DNA of 64,000 bases from Klebsormidium nitens (Eukaryota > Plantae > Klebsormidiophyceae), in assembly GCA_000708835.1 (NCBI GenBank), contig DF236950.1:477866-541865 (forward strand), in the 5' to 3' direction. The translations under genes and the position numbers were made by a program. Of this stretch, positions 61,801-64,000 are shown in pieces (position 1 is the stretch's first letter; every line of letters begins with the position of its first letter). The notes under the pieces are model-generated. The model had not been told where the DNA came from. It was given only the letters and a program-made list of their open reading frames with translations, and searched no databases.

Positions 61801-64000
61801 AGCGCATACGGTCCACTTTGACGGCGAGCACCTCGGCCTGTACACGTGGAACGTGCGCACGCTGTTCGTACAGCAGAGCCTCCAACTCCTGCTTCAATCC
61901 ATGCACCACGGGGTCTCCTTCAAAGCCGCCCTCGCCATGAATCAAGCCGCTTTCCAGTGCCGTCCCGGATCGGAGGTGCTGAGCGAAACAACGTGGCGAC
62001 GGGCCTCGCTCGACTACTTCAAGCTCGTGGGCCTTGGGATTCGAGACTGCTGCACGCTCTGCGGCCTGCATCCAAAGGTGAGCTCGAAGCGTGTTCAATA
62101 GAAACGCGTACATTTGTAGATGTTGACAATACAACCCTTGACGCTTGATCAAGTTGGATTAGAGTCTTTCCATTCTCGAGTGAGCGACGGATAGAAGAGG
62201 CCCCCTTCATGAAGGCAAAACGATTGAGAGCAGATGTACACATTTTGATTGATAAAAACCTCCACCGAAAACGTGTACATCGTTGAAGTGATCCTGAATC
62301 ACGTAGTACATGTACACGATTTATTGTGACAGTTCTATCACTTTCAGCTCACTTCGAAACCCTCTATCGCCGTTTTGCAGGTGCTGTTATGCGACGGGAT
62401 TGTGGGCGTGGCAAATTCGGACGGTGGAAAGCGGCCGGGAGGGTTCGGGTCGGCGACCCTCGACGCTCGAAGAAGCATGACGCACCCGAGCCGCTCAAAG
62501 GAGGGGGAGCTGCTCCAGACGGCCTCCATTTCGGGCCGGGACTACTGCGGCGCGGGCCTGGAAGGTGGCGGCTTGAAGCGCCAGCTCGTCCTCCAGCCCG
62601 AGTTGCGCGAGGCGCTCGCGCGTCTTTCCCAGCACCGGCCGCGAGACGAGCGGCTCGGCCCGAGGCTTTCCGAAACCGGCTTCAAGAGCCTCCTGGACGG
62701 ATTGACGCACGAGGAGACGCGCGTCGTGAAGGCGTTCGGGCCCGCCGAAGCAGAGGGGCCGCTTCCGGAGGACGGTAGGCGGCGGTTGCTCACCGAGCAG
62801 CGAACGATGGTTAGGGATCGGGGGATGGCCGTATGCGAGCTTTTGGCGGGAATCCAGGACGACTTTCGAAGGAGGGGGATGAACCCGAAGCTCTGGGAGA
62901 GCTGGGTCGGAGAATGGAGCGAGCTTTTGTACTGCCTCGGAGCGCACGATGCAGATGAGGATCTGATCGGAACGGAAGGGCTGAGCGCCGTCCGCAAGCT
63001 GTTGCTGGGAGGGGAGGCGTCCATAGAGGACACCCGGCGGCTGGGGAGGGCGGCCCCAATCCTGAGACGAATCCTCGACGCCCACGGCGGCCTCGCGTTC
63101 CCTGGATTCTTCATGCCCGTCCTAAAACAACTCTACCTGCTCTGCCTCTTTGCAAAGGGCGCAACGGGTTTTGCGGCCGACGGAAACCTTGGCTGGGTGT
63201 ACGCGGCGATTCGGCCGTTCGACGCTGAGGCCGTTCGGCTGCTTGGGGAGGCGCGAAGACGGCCTTTAACGCCGGAAGAGGGAGAGGCGCTTGAGAACGA
63301 GCGCGCTGTGGCGAACGAGCTCCTTCCGGGCGTGGAGACTTTGCATCCGAGCCCCCAGCAATGGGGCTCGATGAGCGACCGGGAGAGGGCCCTCCTCTTG
63401 GAGCGTCTGGGACGCGACGAGGAGGGCTCATTGCTCCATCCGCTGCCGGTGGGGCACGCTTTCAGGGCCGAGCAAGACGCGCTCGCACACTACAGCTTCC
63501 CAGGATGGGAGCAGAAGCGGGGCTTGCCTCAGTACACGAGCTTCGAGCACTTTGACGGCCGCTCTCGGAGCTCGGAAGAGTTCAAATGTGCAACCGGAAT
63601 GACGGTCGGCGACTGGGATCGTGAGAACGCGTCCGGATTGGTGAAAGGGGGCGGGAAGGCGGCAAAAAAGGGGGGCACTTTGAAGCGCCCCAATCGGAGT
63701 CGAGGCGCCTTCGTCTTCTGCTGCCCCCACCGAGTGATCTACGGCTTTCACGTCATGCTGCGAGGGGAGAGCCCAAGGGACGCGTTTGCCGTGCTGTACA
63801 CGAGGATAGCGCGCGAGAACTTGCCCTCCGTCCTTGTGTACGACAACGCATGTGCCCTTCGCAACTACTGCATGCGCCGGGCTCCGGGCCACTTTGGAAA
63901 TGTCCGCTTCGTCGTCGACAGGTGAGAATCGACTCCAGATATGTGTAGGTTCAAGAAACGTGTACATGCGCAAACAAACATAGGGTCCGCCTTGGATGTG
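58820..64000 (+). mobile_element. Putative KDZ-superfamily (Kyakuja/Dileera/Zisupton) DNA transposon; right end outside the window, left boundary approximate
   Basis: Contains a transposase-like gene (next feature). The upstream region 58820-59063 carries six TTCCGA copies plus one inverted copy, consistent with subterminal repeats. No TIR or TSD can be verified in this window. Confidence 0.6.
59464..63921 (+). CDS. SWIM zinc-finger / CxC4-like / KDZ-type transposase, spliced, 3'-partial
   Basis: SWIM-like CTCQRGRLSDNAPCVH. CxC4-like CPLQPPPCGTSW...IYTCQC...HFDGEHLGLYTWN..TLF. CCTLCGLHPK|VLLCDG across an in-frame GT-AG intron (62078-62380). Then GAFVFCCPHRVIYGFHVMLRGESPRDAFAVL and VLVYDNACALRNYC...FVVDR|gt. 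These match the KDZ/HMGXB3-like catalytic region as I recall it. The 5' exons are tentative. Confidence 0.75.

Overview
This is eukaryotic, intron-rich nuclear DNA with GC-rich exons and mostly GT-AG introns. The gene mix (plastid-type proteins, L-arabinokinase, double B-box, LEA_2, plus a dynein-assembly HEAT protein) points to a flagellate-producing streptophyte alga, probably Klebsormidium-like; that assignment is inference. Hand-splicing gives twelve protein-coding loci. In order they are: nuclear IF-1 (infA-like); a DNAAF5/HEATR2-like HEAT protein spanning a 504-N assembly gap; a LEA_2 protein; a three-domain thiamine enzyme HAD phosphatase-ThiD-ThiE; a mitochondrial-carrier-family protein; CCDC25; a secreted PhoA-family alkaline phosphatase; a type-I membrane protein with two near-identical EGF-like exons; a plastid-type GNAT; L-arabinokinase; a group-IV double B-box protein; and imidazoleglycerol-phosphate dehydratase. 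The last ~5 kb holds a spliced KDZ (Kyakuja-Dileera-Zisupton)-type transposase that runs off the window end. The strongest novelty candidate is the HAD-ThiD-ThiE fusion: the HAD C-terminal half and ThiD share one exon, and all four HAD motifs are intact. Also notable are the EGF-repeat membrane protein, the KDZ element, two GC-AG introns, a 28-bp-stem hairpin and a dispersed repeat. All exon boundaries were inferred by eye; no database searches were run.
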